DNA of 64,000 nucleotides from NCBI RefSeq assembly GCF_055900595.2, contig NZ_CM148325.1; one strand, 5' to 3'. Shown piece by piece: positions 61,151 to 64,000 of this stretch (position 1 is its first letter; each line of letters starts with the position of its first letter). The notes under the pieces were generated by a model. It saw only the letters and a program-made list of their open reading frames with translations, ran no database searches and was not told where the DNA came from. The position numbers and the translations under genes were made by a program.

Positions 61151-61891
61151 TTAATAAATAGAGACTCTGAACCCAGGATTCAGGAACGACTCGCGCGGGG
61201 TATAATCCAGCGGTTTACCCTGCCAGTCGTGAACGTGCGCTCCGGCCGCTGCCGCAACTGCGTGACCGGCAGCGGTATCCCAAATATTAGTTGGCCCGAA
61301 ACGCGGATAGAGTTGAGCCTGCCCTTCCGCCACCAGGCAGAATTTCAGCGAAGAGCCGATAGACGTGGTTTGATGTTCGCCAAGCTGTTGCAGATACTCT
61401 TTCAGCTCCGCATCCGCATGGGAACGGCTGATCACCACCAGCGGCGGGCGCGCATCGCGGACCTGAATCTGCTTGCGTACACCGCACTCTTCTTTCCAGG
61501 CTTTGCCGTCTGCCGCGCTGTACATTACGTTCATTACCGGCGCATACACCACACCTAAAATCGGTTTGCCGTGGTCGATGAGCGCAATATTAACGGTGAA
61601 TTCACCATTACGTTTAATAAACTCTTTAGTACCATCCAGCGGGTCTACCAGCCAGTAACGCTGCCAGTGTTGACGGACTTCCCAACCGGGAGGATCTTCT
61701 TCAGAAAGGACCGGAATATCCGGTGTCAGCGTACGTAAACCGTCCATGATAACGGTGTGTGCGGCAATATCCGCTGCCGTTACCGGAGAATTGTCCGCTT
61801 TGCTGACGACGTCCATCGGTTTCGTCCCGTCGTAGACCTGCATAATGGCATCGCCTGCATTCCGTGCAAGCTGGCATACTTGATCTAACAT
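61151..61891 (-). CDS. cysQ: 3'(2'),5'-bisphosphate nucleotidase (246 aa)
   Basis: Inositol monophosphatase family motifs WLVDPLDGT and IWDTAAG. Confidence 0.9.
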   Translation of the reverse strand: MLDQVCQLARNAGDAIMQVYDGTKPMDVVSKADNSPVTAADIAAHTVIMDGLRTLTPDIPVLSEEDPPGWEVRQHWQRYWLVDPLDGTKEFIKRNGEFTVNIALIDHGKPILGVVYAPVMNVMYSAADGKAWKEECGVRKQIQVRDARPPLVVISRSHADAELKEYLQQLGEHQTTSIGSSLKFCLVAEGQAQLYPRFGPTNIWDTAAGHAVAAAAGAHVHDWQGKPLDYTPRESFLNPGFRVSIY

Positions 61892-62080
61892 TTCTCCACC
61901 TCGTCTCTGTGAGCGGTGTTAACTTGTTGTTTTACTTATACCCTATCGTTAAAGAATGCGCCAACTGTGATAGTGTCATCATTTTCAAAGCGTTAAATTG
62001 TGGCATTCTTCACTGTTCTAAAAGTAAGAGGTTTATTCTCCCTTTTCTTTCGAATTCCCGATGATAAAAGGATGTCCCTG

Positions 62081-64000
62081 ATGATTAAGTTTAGCGCAAC
62101 GCTCCTGGCCACGCTGATTGCCGCGAGTGTGAATGCAGCGACGGTCGATCTGCGTATCATGGAAACCACTGATTTGCATAGCAACATGATGGATTTCGAT
62201 TATTACAAAGACACCGCCACGGAAAAATTCGGACTGGTACGTACGGCAAGCCTGATTAACGATGCCCGCAATGAAGTGAAAAACAGCGTACTGGTCGATA
62301 ATGGCGATTTGATTCAGGGGAGTCCGCTAGCGGATTACATGTCGGCGAAAGGATTAAAAGCCGGAGATATTCACCCTGTCTATAAGGCATTGAATACGCT
62401 GGACTATACCGTCGGCACACTCGGTAACCACGAGTTTAACTACGGTCTGGATTACCTGAAAAATGCACTGGCAGGAGCAAAATTCCCTTATGTAAACGCC
62501 AACGTCATTGACGCTAAAACCAAACAGCCCATGTTTACACCGTATTTGATTAAAGACACCGAAGTGATCGATAAAGACGGAAAAAAACAGACGCTGAAGA
62601 TTGGCTATATTGGCGTCGTACCGCCGCAGATTATGGGATGGGATAAAGCTAATTTATCCGGGAAAGTGACGGTGAATGATATTACCGAAACCGTGCGCAA
62701 GTACGTGCCTGAAATGCGCGAGAAAGGTGCCGATCTCGTTGTCGTTTTGGCGCATTCTGGTCTGTCTGCCGATCCGTATAAAGTGATGGCGGAAAACTCA
62801 GTTTATTACCTCAGTGAAATTCCGGGCGTTAACGCCATTATGTTTGGCCATGCTCACGCCGTTTTCCCAGGTAAAGATTTTGCTGATATTGAAGGGGCTG
62901 ATATCGCCAAAGGCACGCTGAACGGCGTTCCGGCGGTAATGCCGGGCATGTGGGGCGATCATCTCGGCGTGGTCGATCTGCAACTCAATAATGACAGCGG
63001 AAAATGGCAGGTGACGCAGGCGAAAGCGGAAGCACGCCCGATTTACGATATCGCCAATAAAAAATCTCTCGCGGCGGAAGACAGTAATCTGGTCGATACG
63101 CTTAAAGCCGATCACGAGGCCACACGCCAGTTTGTCAGCAAACCAATCGGTAAATCTGCCGACAATATGTATAGCTATCTGGCGCTGGTGCAGGACGATC
63201 CGACCGTGCAGGTGGTAAACAACGCACAAAAAGCGTATGTCGAACATTACATTCAGGGCGATCCGGATCTGGCAAAACTGCCGGTGCTTTCAGCTGCCGC
63301 ACCGTTTAAAGTCGGTGGTCGCAAAAATGATCCGGCAAGCTATGTGGAAGTGGAAAAAGGCCAATTAACCTTCCGTAACGCCGCCGATCTTTACCTCTAT
63401 CCCAATACGCTGATTGTGGTGAAAGCCAGCGGTAAAGAGGTGAAAGAGTGGCTGGAATGCTCCGCCGGACAGTTTAACCAGATTGATCCCAACAGCACGA
63501 AACCACAGTCACTCATCAACTGGGATGGTTTCCGCACCTATAACTTTGACGTCATTGATGGTGTGAATTATCAGATTGATGTTACTCAGCCCGCCCGCTA
63601 TGACGGCGAGTGCCAGGTGGTTAATGCCAATGCGGAAAGGATTAAGAACCTGACCTTTAACGGCAAGCAGATTGATCCGAACGCGATGTTCCTCGTTGCC
63701 ACCAATAACTATCGCGCTTACGGCGGCAAATTTGCAGGTACGGGCGATAGCCATATCGCTTTTGCTTCACCGGATGAGAACCGCTCGGTGCTGGCAGCGT
63801 GGATTGCAGATGAGTCGAAGCGTGCGGGGGAAATTCACCCGGCGGCAGATAACAACTGGCGTTTAGCACCGATTCCTGGCGATAAGAAACTGGATATCCG
63901 TTTCGAAACCTCTCCGTCAGACAAAGCCGCGGCGTTTATTAAAGAGAAAGGACAATATCCGATGAATAAAGTCGCGACCGATGATATCGGCTTTGCGATT
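62081..64000 (+). CDS. cpdB: 2',3'-cyclic-nucleotide 2'-phosphodiesterase / 3'-nucleotidase, 3' end cut by window edge (640 codons present)
   Basis: ATG at 62081 with signal peptide [19 protein letters not shown] and metallophosphatase motifs DLHSNM and GNHEFN; frame open to position 64000; absent from the ORF track because it has no in-window stop. Confidence 0.9.
   Translation, partial: MIKFSATLLATLIAASVNAATVDLRIMETTDLHSNMMDFDYYKDTATEKFGLVRTASLINDARNEVKNSVLVDNGDLIQGSPLADYMSAKGLKAGDIHPVYKALNTLDYTVGTLGNHEFNYGLDYLKNALAGAKFPYVNANVIDAKTKQPMFTPYLIKDTEVIDKDGKKQTLKIGYIGVVPPQIMGWDKANLSGKVTVNDITETVRKYVPEMREKGADLVVVLAHSGLSADPYKVMAENSVYYLSEIPGVNAIMFGHAHAVFPGKDFADIEGADIAKGTLNGVPAVMPGMWGDHLGVVDLQLNNDSGKWQVTQAKAEARPIYDIANKKSLAAEDSNLVDTLKADHEATRQFVSKPIGKSADNMYSYLALVQDDPTVQVVNNAQKAYVEHYIQGDPDLAKLPVLSAAAPFKVGGRKNDPASYVEVEKGQLTFRNAADLYLYPNTLIVVKASGKEVKEWLECSAGQFNQIDPNSTKPQSLINWDGFRTYNFDVIDGVNYQIDVTQPARYDGECQVVNANAERIKNLTFNGKQIDPNAMFLVATNNYRAYGGKFAGTGDSHIAFASPDENRSVLAAWIADESKRAGEIHPAADNNWRLAPIPGDKKLDIRFETSPSDKAAAFIKEKGQYPMNKVATDDIGFAI

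Overview
The window is Escherichia coli chromosome, in reverse orientation to the K-12 map, running from the tRNA-leuX island hotspot to cpdB. Gene calls rest on recognising well-known E. coli proteins in the supplied translations and on reading the sequence directly; no searches were run and K-12 comparisons are from memory. Core content, in order: leuX, ahr, the idnK/idnDOTR cluster, yjgR, lptG-lptF, pepA-holC-valS, yjgN, yjgM, rraB, argI, yjgL, tabA, bdcR/bdcA, yjgH, pyrL-pyrB-pyrI, ridA, mgtA with its mgtL leader, treR-treB-treC, nrdD-nrdG, cybC, pmbA, yjgA, mpl, fbp, ytfQ-ytfR-ytfT-yjfF, ppa, ytfP, tamB-tamA, msrA, ytfL, ytfK, ytfJ, ytfI, cysQ and cpdB. Two genes run off the window edges and are therefore missing from the ORF track: cpdB at the right edge and a large AT-rich ORF at the left edge. 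That left-edge ORF (1..1844, minus strand, at least 614 codons, roughly 30% G+C) is the most interesting object: it sits at the 3' side of leuX where an integrase would be expected, and carries a PD-(D/E)xK-like nuclease motif, so it is a candidate island-borne defence or nuclease gene of unknown family. Other strain-specific points: full-length cybC, no chpSB module between ppa and ytfP, and a solitary RelB/DinJ-like ORF abutting nrdG. Intergenic regions carry typical REP/BIME repeats, the pyrBI attenuator, and several hairpin terminators. No CRISPR array, rRNA or recognisable IS element was seen.
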